A DNA stretch of 64,000 nt from Thermoanaerobaculia bacterium (GCA_027061805.1 JAMOWA010000018.1:128042-192041), one strand, 5' to 3'; shown: positions 38,505-46,986, counted from the first letter of the stretch. A program made the numbers and translations. Notes: generated from the letters alone by a model not told the origin.

Positions 38505-39658
38505 TGTCCGGTGAACCGGTATTCGTGGATCCCGGCCCGCTGACGGTCCAGCTGGAGGCGGTGGCCGGCCTGCTCGCCGCCCCACCACCCGCCGCCGCGC
38601 TCCAGAGGAGCGTGGCCGAGCAGGCTCGGACCCTGTTGCAGAGCCTTGCCGCCCTGCCACGTACCGCCACGGAACCGGACTGGACCGGATGGACGGCGTA
38701 CTGCGAGGAGCGGAGCGTGGAGGTCTTCCGGGAGGGAGTGAGCATCTCGGGCATGCTGGGACCCTCGGGGGATCTCCTCTGGCTGGATGCCCACGTGGAG
38801 CCCGGGATCCACTGGCACGTGGTCTTCGAGGGGACCTTCTCCGGGACGGGCGCCCTGGAGGCCATGCTGGGGTCCGGCGGTGGGAGTGCGGCGCAGAACA
38901 CGCAGATGACCGTGGACGTCACCACGGAGCAGGGCCTGACCTCCTCGACGCAGTTCACCCTGGAGGGCCGGGAGGTGGACTGCCTGGACGTGGAGACCGG
39001 CATCGAGGAGGCCCTGGGACACCTCCGGGCCTCCCTGGGACACCTGAGCGGGGGTGGGGACGGGGACCTTCCGGTGGAGGGGGGCAGCGGTACCGTTCCC
39101 GATGCCGCGGCCGGACAGGTGCCGGGCGCGGACTCCGGACTGCCCGGCGGCGCCATGGCCGGGGCCGCCCTGGGGGCCGCCGCCGCGGGGATCGCCGGCA
39201 TGGCCGCCGCCGCCCTCCGCAGGCGGGGGCAGGGGGCCCCGCCGCCACCGGCCGCGGGCCCGGCGCCATCCCCCGCTCCGGTGGCGGAGTGGTACTACTC
39301 CACCGACGGCCGGTCCGTGGGCCCCTGCACCCTGGAGGACCTGAAGCGGCTCCTCGCGGCCGGGACCGTCACCGCGGAGACTCCCGTGTGGAGCCCGGAG
39401 CTCGGGGACTGGCGGCCGGCCTCCACGGTGCCCGCACTCCAGGCCGCCCCGCCGGCAGCGGGGAGGTCGGTGCCTCCCCCCCTGCCACAGCAGGCCGAAT
39501 GGTTCTTCGCCCTGGGGAACGAGCAGCGGGGCCCGGTGACCCTGATGGAGCTCAGGGCGCACCTGGCCGGGGGTGCCGTGTCCCCGCAGACCCTGGTCTG
39601 GAAGGCCGGCATGGACGGCTGGGTCCCGGCGTCCTCCATCCCCGAGCTCTGGGGCTGA
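38504..39658 (+). CDS. single-pass membrane protein with two C-terminal GYF_2 domains
   Basis: ATG overlaps the upstream stop by 1 nt (TGATG). Gly/Ala-rich TM helix GGAMAGAALGAAAAGIAGMAAAAL. Two repeats: EWYYSTDGRSVGPCTLEDL...WSPELGDWRPAS and EWFFALGNEQRGPVTLMEL...VWKAGMDGWVPAS. Confidence 0.7.
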   Translation: MSGEPVFVDPGPLTVQLEAVAGLLAAPPPAAALQRSVAEQARTLLQSLAALPRTATEPDWTGWTAYCEERSVEVFREGVSISGMLGPSGDLLWLDAHVEPGIHWHVVFEGTFSGTGALEAMLGSGGGSAAQNTQMTVDVTTEQGLTSSTQFTLEGREVDCLDVETGIEEALGHLRASLGHLSGGGDGDLPVEGGSGTVPDAAAGQVPGADSGLPGGAMAGAALGAAAAGIAGMAAAALRRRGQGAPPPPAAGPAPSPAPVAEWYYSTDGRSVGPCTLEDLKRLLAAGTVTAETPVWSPELGDWRPASTVPALQAAPPAAGRSVPPPLPQQAEWFFALGNEQRGPVTLMELRAHLAGGAVSPQTLVWKAGMDGWVPASSIPELWG

Positions 39659-39684
39659 GGATCCTCCGGCACACCCGGGGCGCC

Positions 39685-40089
39685 TCAGGACTTCCGGATG
39701 CTGTGGATCAGTGCTCGCAGGCCTCCGAACTCCTGGATCAGCGTCAGGAAGCGGTTGGGCACCGGCGCCAGGAGGACCGTCCCGGTCCCCCGGAAGGTGC
39801 TCACCAGGCCCTCGCCGGAGATCCAGCTGGAGAAGAGGCCCCTGGTGGCACGCTCCACGGCATACTCGAGGCCCGGCGTCCGGGCCACGGGGGACGCCGC
39901 GGGAGGGAGTGGCGCCGGGGCTTCCGCAGCCGGAACCACCTGCTCCACGGGCGTCCACTGGGCCAGCCCCTCGTACCGGCACAGGCTGCCGGGCGGCAGG
40001 CTTCCCCGGGCGAGCATCCGCGCCACCTGCTCCAGGGTGCAGGATCCCTGCTGGCTCCCGTTGACGGCAACGGAGAACTCCAGCCCCAT
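39685..40089 (-). CDS. small GYF_2-domain protein
   Basis: Preferred start is ATG 40089 after GGAGGAGGGAAG (the track ORF extends to 40161). VAVNGSQQGSCTLEQVARML...YEGLAQWTPVEQV. The tail GEGLVSTFRGTGTVLLAP resembles an AIM24-family C-terminus, weakly. Confidence 0.55.
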   Translation of the reverse strand: MGLEFSVAVNGSQQGSCTLEQVARMLARGSLPPGSLCRYEGLAQWTPVEQVVPAAEAPAPLPPAASPVARTPGLEYAVERATRGLFSSWISGEGLVSTFRGTGTVLLAPVPNRFLTLIQEFGGLRALIHSIRKS

Positions 40090-40205
40090 GGCTTCCCTCC
40101 TCCAGGCCATACCGGGCGGATCGTAGTACGATGCTCCTCCCCATCGGGCCGCGGGCTTCACAGCACCCCTGCCCCTGGGGTAGAGTTCGGGCGCCGGAGG
40201 TGGGC

Positions 40206-41414
40206 ATGACCACGACGATCACCAGGGCCACAGCGGGACCCTCGGGGGAGAAGATCAGGTCGGACCTGGTGGTGCGCTACGAGCCGGGGACGGAGCCCCT
40301 GGCCGTGACGGTTTCGAGCAAGGTGGACTACCTCTACGGTGAGGCCATCGAGGCCGCGGTGCGGCGGGTGGCCGCGGCCCTCGGCGTGGCCACCGGGACC
40401 CTCTCCGTGGAGGACTTCGGCGCCCTGGAGTGGGTGATCCTGGCGCGGGTGGAGGCCTGCCTGCGGCGGGCCGGCTTCGCGGGGGAGCCGGTGCTCCCGG
40501 AGCCCTCGCCGGGCCGGGTCCCGCCCCGGGAGCGCCACCGCCTCCGCCGGAGCCGGCTCTACGTGCCGGGGAGCCAGCCCAAGCTCATGCTCTCGGCGGG
40601 GCTCTACGGCGCCGACGGCATCATCCTGGACCTGGAGGACTCGGTGGCCCCCGCGGAGAAGGACGCGGCCCGGCTCCTCGTCCGGAACGCCCTGGTGGCC
40701 ATGGACTTCGGCGACTCCGAACGTATGGTTCGCGTCAACCAGGGAGAGGCCGGCCTGGCCGATCTGGAGGTGGTGGCCCCCCACGAGGTCCACACGGTGC
40801 TGCTGCCCAAGGTGGAGCGCCCGGAGGAGGTGGCGGAGGTGGCGGCCAGACTCCGCGAGCTCTGCGGGGAGGAGGCGCCCTTCCTGATGCCCATCCTGGA
40901 GTCGCCGCTCGGGATCCGGAACGCCTACGAGATCGCCGCCGCCGACCCCCTGGTGGTGGCACTGACCCTGGGGCTCGAGGACCTCTCGGCCGAGCTGGGC
41001 GCGCCCCGGACCCCCGAGGCCTGGGAGAGCTTCCTGGCCCGGCAGACCACCGTCTACGCCGCGCGGGCCGCGGGCGTGGCCCCCATCGCCTCGGTGTTTT
41101 CCGACGTGCGCGACGAGGCGGGCCTGGAGTCCTACGTGCGGCGGGAGCGGGCCCTGGGCTTCGACGGCATCGGCTGCATCCACCCCCGCCAGATCCCCGT
41201 GGTGCACCGGGCCATGGCCCCCACCGAGGCCGAGCTCGAGAAGGCGCTCAGGATCGTGGCCGCGGCCGAGGAGGCCGAGGCCCGGGGACTGGGGGTGGTG
41301 GCCCTGGGCTCCAAGATGGTGGACCCCCCCGTGGTCCACCAGGCCCGACGCACCGTGGAGCTCGCGCGGGCCGCCGGGATGCTCCCGGCGGAGGGGGGGA
41401 CGGAGGAGGACTGA
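40206..41414 (+). CDS. citrate lyase acyl carrier (CitD)-beta subunit (CitE) fusion protein
   Basis: ATG 40206 after GGAGGTGGG. The N-terminal ~95 aa are CitD-like (AGPSGE..., SVEDFGALEWVILARVEACLRRAG). The rest is CitE/HpcH-like (RRSRLYVPGSQPK, ILDLEDSVAPAEKDAAR). Confidence 0.8.
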   Translation: MTTTITRATAGPSGEKIRSDLVVRYEPGTEPLAVTVSSKVDYLYGEAIEAAVRRVAAALGVATGTLSVEDFGALEWVILARVEACLRRAGFAGEPVLPEPSPGRVPPRERHRLRRSRLYVPGSQPKLMLSAGLYGADGIILDLEDSVAPAEKDAARLLVRNALVAMDFGDSERMVRVNQGEAGLADLEVVAPHEVHTVLLPKVERPEEVAEVAARLRELCGEEAPFLMPILESPLGIRNAYEIAAADPLVVALTLGLEDLSAELGAPRTPEAWESFLARQTTVYAARAAGVAPIASVFSDVRDEAGLESYVRRERALGFDGIGCIHPRQIPVVHRAMAPTEAELEKALRIVAAAEEAEARGLGVVALGSKMVDPPVVHQARRTVELARAAGMLPAEGGTEED

Positions 41415-41447
41415 GCTCCCGTCCGGGCTCCCCGGCTTTCCCCCGCA

Positions 41448-42617
41448 TCACACCCCCGCGGCCTCGTCCCCCTCGTCCAGGCGGAAGCGGACACCCACCA
41501 CCTGCGTGATGCCCACCGGCCTGCCCTTCGCGTCCAGGGCCGGCTCGAAGGTCCAGTGGCGCACGGCCTCCACGGCCGCGTCGGTCAGACCGGCCGGCAG
41601 GCCCTCGAGGACGGTGACCTCCTTCACGCTCCCGTCGGCACCGATGGCCAGCTCCAGGCGGACGGTGCCCTGGAGGTGCCGGCGGCGAGCCTCCTCCGGG
41701 TAGGCCGGCGGCTGCGCATCCTTCACCCTCGGAGGTGTCCACCCCTCCGGGAGCCCGGCCCGCGAGGCAGACGAGGACGACGCCGGGTCGCCATCCAGGG
41801 CGAAGCGCACGGCCACCTTGAAGAGCACGGGAACGGCGTGGCCGTCGGCGTCCCGGGCCGGCTCGAAGGTCCACCGGCGCACGGCCTCCGCTGCAGCGTC
41901 GGCGAGCCCCTCCGGCAGGGGACGGAGCACCTGGACGAGGTTCTCCAGGCGCAGCCAGAGGACGTCGAGCCGTGCCACGTGGGCCAGCTCGTGGGCGAGG
42001 ATCGCCTCCATGCGTTCCCGCGGCCAGCCCGCGGCCTCCTCGGGCAGCGCGATGACCGGCCGGAGGAGCCCCATGGTGAAGGGGCCGGGAAGCCCCCGTG
42101 CCAGGAGCACCCGGACCCGCCGGCGGATGTGGAGGCGGCGGCGCCAGAGGCCCAGGAGCTCGTCCATCATGGGGTCGTCAGCGGGATATCCTCCATGGAG
42201 GAGTGCCCTGGTCCTCCACCACTGGGTCCCCAGGAGCCCAGCGACCAGGAGGGCCCCGGAAAGCCAGAGGCCGAGGAGGCCGGCCTGCATCCATGGGATC
42301 GCGGTGGGAACCCCGGACGCGGCGGAGCTCACCAGGTCCCCCGCGGGAAGCACGGTGGTGGAGGCCGTGGTCCCGCCCGGGAGCCAGTCCTGGAGGAGCG
42401 CCGCCAGGCTGAAGCGGAAGGCCGCGCCCGGTGGCAGGAGGAAGCGGAGGACCACCAGGGTCCAGAGGACGTGGTGCAGGGTGGTGGCCCGCCGCGGCCA
42501 GAGGTGCTGCACGGCGAGGGCCAGGACGAGGAGGATCCCCCCGTAGAGGCTCAGCCGCCCCAGGAGGCCGAGCCATGCCTGGAGAAGGGCCGGTGCGCTG
42601 GCGAGGACCTCAGGCAT
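41448..42617 (-). CDS. BlaR1-type M56 peptidase domain fused to TonB C-terminal domain(s)
   Basis: N-terminal TM helices, an HELAH zinc motif, and a C-terminal TonB_C domain (PPAYPEEARRRHLQGTVRLELAIGADGSV...). A partial TonB_C copy lies upstream of it. Overlaps blaI by 8 nt. Confidence 0.8.
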   Translation of the reverse strand: MPEVLASAPALLQAWLGLLGRLSLYGGILLVLALAVQHLWPRRATTLHHVLWTLVVLRFLLPPGAAFRFSLAALLQDWLPGGTTASTTVLPAGDLVSSAASGVPTAIPWMQAGLLGLWLSGALLVAGLLGTQWWRTRALLHGGYPADDPMMDELLGLWRRRLHIRRRVRVLLARGLPGPFTMGLLRPVIALPEEAAGWPRERMEAILAHELAHVARLDVLWLRLENLVQVLRPLPEGLADAAAEAVRRWTFEPARDADGHAVPVLFKVAVRFALDGDPASSSSASRAGLPEGWTPPRVKDAQPPAYPEEARRRHLQGTVRLELAIGADGSVKEVTVLEGLPAGLTDAAVEAVRHWTFEPALDAKGRPVGITQVVGVRFRLDEGDEAAGV

Positions 42618-43002
42618 CGTCGGAGCCCCCCCCGTCCCGGGCCAGGAGCCGCTCCACCTCCCGGATCTCCTCCTCGCTCAGCTCGGCGCCCCGGGTCAGC
42701 AGGGGTACCACGGCGGCGGCGTCGATCTCGAGCACCCGCTCGGCGAAGTCCCGGACCAGGGCCGCCAGGCCCGCCGCCCGCGGGATGGCCGGGATGTAGA
42801 GGTTCACGCCGTGGAAGCGCTCCCGGAGCACCGCGCCCTTCTGGACCATGCGTTCCAGGACCGTCCGCGTGGTGGAGAGGGCCCAGTTCCGCCGCGGGCC
42901 CACCCTTTCGTGGACCTCCCGGGCGCTCAGGCGCCCGTGGCGCCAGAGCACCTTCATGATCTCCATCTCCGATCTCGAGAGCTCGCGGATGTCGGTGGTC
43001 AT
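42610..43002 (-). CDS. blaI: BlaI/MecI/CopY-family transcriptional repressor
   Basis: LSRSEMEIMKVLWRHGRLSAREVHERV...STTRTVLERMVQKGAV, a winged helix of the penicillinase-repressor family. Confidence 0.9.
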   Translation of the reverse strand: MTTDIRELSRSEMEIMKVLWRHGRLSAREVHERVGPRRNWALSTTRTVLERMVQKGAVLRERFHGVNLYIPAIPRAAGLAALVRDFAERVLEIDAAAVVPLLTRGAELSEEEIREVERLLARDGGGSDDA

Positions 43003-43022
43003 GGGTACCTCCCCATCGCTGC

Positions 43023-43056
43023 GCTACAACTGTAGCATCTTCTTCACGGATGTCAA
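43023..43056 (-). promoter_or_regulatory. blaI promoter with overlapping TACAnnTGTA operator
   Basis: On the minus strand: TTGACA (43056-43051), a 16-nt spacer, then TACAGT (43034-43029). A perfect palindrome GCTACA-AC-TGTAGC (43023-43036) covers the -10. GGAGG lies 5 nt before the ATG. Confidence 0.55.
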
Positions 43057-43065
43057 CACCCTCGC

Positions 43066-43094
43066 TTGATGGGGCCGCGGGAAGCGGGTAGCAT
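43066..43094 (+). promoter_or_regulatory. candidate promoter for citF
   Basis: TTGATG, a 17-nt spacer, then TAGCAT, 45 nt upstream of ATG 43140. Confidence 0.3.
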
Positions 43095-43139
43095 CGCGGC
43101 GCGGACGGTGCCGGAGCACCGCCGCCCGGGGGTGGACGC

Positions 43140-44696
43140 ATGGCACGGCCGGAGCTCGTCGAAAACGCCGCGGGACGCCTGGTGCCCGCCGAGGTCAACG
43201 GCGCCGAACAGGTGCCCTTCCGTGGGGTCGGGGGCCACCGGCCCTCGGGCCGGAAGGCGGCCCCGCTGATCCGCACCTGCCTGGACTACCCCGAGGACGG
43301 GGACAAGCGGGTGGGCTCGCTCCGGGAGGCCCTGGAGCAGGTGGGGCTGGCCGACGGCATGGTGGTCTCCACGCACCACCACCTGCGCAACGGCGACGCT
43401 GTGGCCAACATGGTCTTCGAGGCGGCCGCCGAGATGGGCCGGAGGGACCTCATGTGGTTCCCCTCGGCCTCCTTCCCGGTGCACGAGCCGCAGATCGCCC
43501 ACATGGAGTCCGGGGTGATCCACCACATCGAGGGCTCCATGAACGGGCCCCTGGGGGACTACTGCACCGCCGGGAGGATGCGTGGCCTGGGCGTGCTGCG
43601 CTCCCACGGGGGCCGCTGGCAGGCCATCCAGGACGGGGAGGTCCACATCGACGTGGCGGTGATCGCCGCCCCCACGGCGGACCCCTTCGGCAACGCCAAC
43701 GCCCTCGACGGCCCCGCGGCCTGCGGGCTCCTGGGCTTCGCCCTGGCGGATTCCATCTACGCGGAGCGGGTCGTCGTGGTCACCGACAACCTGGTGCCCT
43801 TCCCCTGCCTTCCCTGGCAGATCCAGGGCAACAACGTGGACGTGGTGGTGGAGGTGCCCTCCATCGGGGACCCCGCGAAGATCGTGTCCGGGACAACCCG
43901 CATCACCCAGAGTCCGGACCGCCTCCGCATCGCCGAGCTGGCCGCCCGCTTCTGCGACGCGGCCGGCATCGTCCGGGACGGCTTCTCCTTCCAGGCGGGC
44001 GCCGGGGGCACCACCCTGGCCTTCGCCATCTTCCTGCGCGACATCATGCGCGAGCGCGGGGTGGCGGCCGCCTTCGCCCGGGGAGGGTCCACGAAGTACA
44101 TGGTGGAGATGCTCCGGGAGGGGCTCATCGGCTACATCCTGGACGGCCAGACCTTCGACCTGGACGGGGTGGCCTCCATGCGGGAGGACCCCCGCCACGT
44201 GGACACCTCTCCCTTCACCTCCTACAACTTCCACGGCAAGGGGAACTTCGCCTCCATGGTGGACGTGGCGGTGCTGGGCGCCACCGAAGTGGACGTGGAC
44301 TTCAACGCCAACGTGGTGACCCACTCGGACGGCCGGCTGCTCCACGGCATCGGCGGCTGGCAGAACTGCCTGGCCGCCCGGACCACCATGCTCCTGGTGC
44401 CCTCCTTCCGGGACCGGATCCCGGTGATCGTGGACGAGGTCACCACCCTCTGCGGTCCCGGCGAGCTCATCGACGTGGTGGTCACCGAGCGGGGGATCGC
44501 GGTGAACCCGCGCCGGCAGGACCTCCTGGACGCGGTGGCGGGCTCGGGGCTGCCCATCCGGGACATCCACGACCTCAAGGCGGAGCTGGACCGTCTCTGC
44601 GGGGCGCCACAGCGCATCCAGCGCAGCCGCGACCCGGTGGCCGTGGTGAAGTGGGTTGACGGCACGGTGCTGGACACCGTCTGGCGGATCGGGTAG
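43140..44696 (+). CDS. citF: citrate lyase alpha subunit (citrate CoA-transferase)
   Basis: STHHHLRNGD, SHGGR, DPFGNAN, FSFQAGAGGTTLA, DVAVLGATEVDVDFNANV and VTERGIAVNP follow the CitF pattern along the full length. Confidence 0.9.
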   Translation: MARPELVENAAGRLVPAEVNGAEQVPFRGVGGHRPSGRKAAPLIRTCLDYPEDGDKRVGSLREALEQVGLADGMVVSTHHHLRNGDAVANMVFEAAAEMGRRDLMWFPSASFPVHEPQIAHMESGVIHHIEGSMNGPLGDYCTAGRMRGLGVLRSHGGRWQAIQDGEVHIDVAVIAAPTADPFGNANALDGPAACGLLGFALADSIYAERVVVVTDNLVPFPCLPWQIQGNNVDVVVEVPSIGDPAKIVSGTTRITQSPDRLRIAELAARFCDAAGIVRDGFSFQAGAGGTTLAFAIFLRDIMRERGVAAAFARGGSTKYMVEMLREGLIGYILDGQTFDLDGVASMREDPRHVDTSPFTSYNFHGKGNFASMVDVAVLGATEVDVDFNANVVTHSDGRLLHGIGGWQNCLAARTTMLLVPSFRDRIPVIVDEVTTLCGPGELIDVVVTERGIAVNPRRQDLLDAVAGSGLPIRDIHDLKAELDRLCGAPQRIQRSRDPVAVVKWVDGTVLDTVWRIG

Positions 44697-44697
44697 G

Positions 44698-44736
44698 CCC
44701 GCAGCCCTCCCGGCACCGCAGCAGCCGGCCTGCGGG
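44698..44736. terminator. hairpin between convergent citF and sulP
   Basis: CCCGCAG...CTGCGGG outer stem with a CCGGC...GCCGG inner stem. No T tract. Confidence 0.3.
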
Positions 44737-44759
44737 GGCGGGAGGCGCGGGGCCCCGGT

Positions 44760-46976
44760 TCAGCCCCTCCGGCCCCCGTCCCCCGGCGGCCCCCGCAGGA
44801 TCTCGGGCCGCCGCCGCACCCCATCGGCCACCGCAAGGCCCCGGAACCGCACGGTGACCAGCGGACACTCCCCCTCGTCGCAGGCGAAGTGGGCGGGCTC
44901 CCAGATCTCCTCCAGCGCCGCCGCCACACTGGGGAACAGGTGCCGGGACCCGATGAGCTCGAGCATCCCCGTCCGCTCCAGCACCTGGAGCACGGTGTCG
45001 TTGAGGCCGCTCACCGAGAACTCGTAGCCCGCCTCCCGGAGCCGCTTCACCAGCCGGCGCAGGGCCTCCACCCCCGAGGCGTCGATCTCGTTGATCCCGT
45101 TGCCCACCAGGAGCACGTGCTCCAGGTCCGGCATGGAGGCCACCCGCTCCAGGACCTGGTCCTCCAGGTAGCTCACGTTGGAGAAGAAGAGCGAACCGTT
45201 GAACCGGATCACGGCGATCCGCCGGCACAGCTCCAGCCCGTGGCGGCGGGCGCTTCTGAAGGACCCGTCGGTGTAGAGGGAGAGCAGGTCCACGTCGGGC
45301 TTCATGGTCCGGAACAGGTAGAGGCCCAGCGACAGCGCGACGCCCAGGAAGATCCCCTTCTCCAGGTGGGGCGCCGCCAGCAGGGTCACCACAAAGGTGA
45401 CGCCGGCGATGAGGCCGTCGTGGGGCTGGGCCTGCCAGGCGTGGACCAGCGCCCGGAAGTCCACGAGCCCGATGACCGCCAGCATGATGATGGCGGCCAG
45501 AACCGCCTGGGGCAGGTGGTAGAGCAGCGGCGTCAGGAAGAGCAGCGTCACCAGGACCACCACGCTGGAGAACACGTTGGACAGGCCCGTGCGGGCCCCC
45601 GCCTGGAGGTTCACGGCGGAGCGGGAGAACGACCCCGACACGGGGTAGCTGGAGGCGAAGGATCCCACGATGTTGGCCAGTCCCTGCCCGATGAGCTCCT
45701 GGTTGGGGTCGATCCGCTGGCCCGTCCGGGCCGCCATGGCCTTGGCGATGGAGATGGCCTCCATGAAGCCCAGGATGGAGATGATCACCATCATGGGCAG
45801 CAGGGGCACGGCGACGGCCGGATCCACCACGGGGGCCCTCAGGCCGGGGAGGCCGCGGGGGATCGTGCCCACCACGGCGCCGCCGCCCACGAAGACGAGC
45901 CGCCCGGGATCGAGCCGGCCGTTGCCCACCTTCAGGCGCCAGACGGGGCCGCCCGGAGAGGTCCCCTCTCCGGGGAGCGGGCGAAGCTCGAGGCCCCCGC
46001 CGGCGGTCCGGACCCCCATGAACAGGCAGCGCCGGAGCTCCTCCCGGACCCTGGAGGCCTCCTCCCGCGCCACCGCCAGGCGGACCTCCAGGAGCTCGAG
46101 CTCGTGCTTCAACTGCAGGGTGCGGGGGTCCGTGGGCCCCGCCGTCCTTCGGGTCTCACGGTGGCGGGCTGCGGCCTCCCGACGGGCCGCAGCCAGCTCC
46201 TCGAGCCGCTCGCAGGCGGCGTTGTACCTGCGGACGAGCTCCACGGCCCGGGGGGAGGCCACGTGCCCCAGGGTGGTCTCGAGGTTGCGCTCGAAGCCCG
46301 TGGCCCACGAGATCACCGTGGCCAGGACCACGGCGATGAGCACGTTGGGAAGGCGGGGGTTGATCCGGCGCAGGGTCACCATGAGCACCAGCGCGCCCAC
46401 GCCCATGGCCAGGGTGGGCCAGTGGACCCAGTGGAGGGCCGCCCGGCAGACGTTGAGCACCGTCTCGTAGTGGTGCTCCCCCTTCTCGGCGGACACCCCC
46501 AGGAACTTCCCCAGCTGGGAGGAGGCGATGATGAGGGCGGCGGCGTTGGTGAAGCCGTTCACCACGGGGTGGGAGAGCAGGTTGATGATGACGCCCAGCC
46601 GCAGCAGGCCCAGGGCCAGCTGGAACAGCCCCACCATGAGTGCGAGCAGCAGGGCGTAGGCGATGAACTCGGGCCCCCCCGCCGAGGCCAGGGGCTCCAG
46701 GGCCGTGGCGGTCATGAGGGACACCACGGCCACGGGGCCCGTGGCCAGCTGGGCGCTCGAGCCGAAGAGGGCGGCGATCACCGGGGGGATGCACGCGGCG
46801 TAGAGGCCGTAGTAGGCGGGGAGCCCCGCCAGCTGGGCGTAGGCCATGGACTGGGGGATCAGCACCAGGGCCACGGTGAGGCCGGCCAGCAGGTCGGCCC
46901 GGGCCTCGCGCGACCCGTAGCGCCCGAGCTGCGCCGCGATGGGCAGCACCCGCCGCAGGGGAGCGGGGAGCTCCAC
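44760..46976 (-). CDS. SulP-family anion transporter with STAS domain and a large internal insertion
   Basis: LIPQSMAYAQLAGLP, the SulP core and a C-terminal STAS domain (IAVIRFNGSLFFSNV). A coiled-coil-like insert of about 135 aa precedes GTIPRGLPG. Confidence 0.9.
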   Translation of the reverse strand: MELPAPLRRVLPIAAQLGRYGSREARADLLAGLTVALVLIPQSMAYAQLAGLPAYYGLYAACIPPVIAALFGSSAQLATGPVAVVSLMTATALEPLASAGGPEFIAYALLLALMVGLFQLALGLLRLGVIINLLSHPVVNGFTNAAALIIASSQLGKFLGVSAEKGEHHYETVLNVCRAALHWVHWPTLAMGVGALVLMVTLRRINPRLPNVLIAVVLATVISWATGFERNLETTLGHVASPRAVELVRRYNAACERLEELAAARREAAARHRETRRTAGPTDPRTLQLKHELELLEVRLAVAREEASRVREELRRCLFMGVRTAGGGLELRPLPGEGTSPGGPVWRLKVGNGRLDPGRLVFVGGGAVVGTIPRGLPGLRAPVVDPAVAVPLLPMMVIISILGFMEAISIAKAMAARTGQRIDPNQELIGQGLANIVGSFASSYPVSGSFSRSAVNLQAGARTGLSNVFSSVVVLVTLLFLTPLLYHLPQAVLAAIIMLAVIGLVDFRALVHAWQAQPHDGLIAGVTFVVTLLAAPHLEKGIFLGVALSLGLYLFRTMKPDVDLLSLYTDGSFRSARRHGLELCRRIAVIRFNGSLFFSNVSYLEDQVLERVASMPDLEHVLLVGNGINEIDASGVEALRRLVKRLREAGYEFSVSGLNDTVLQVLERTGMLELIGSRHLFPSVAAALEEIWEPAHFACDEGECPLVTVRFRGLAVADGVRRRPEILRGPPGDGGRRG

Positions 46977-46986
46977 GGAGCCCCCG

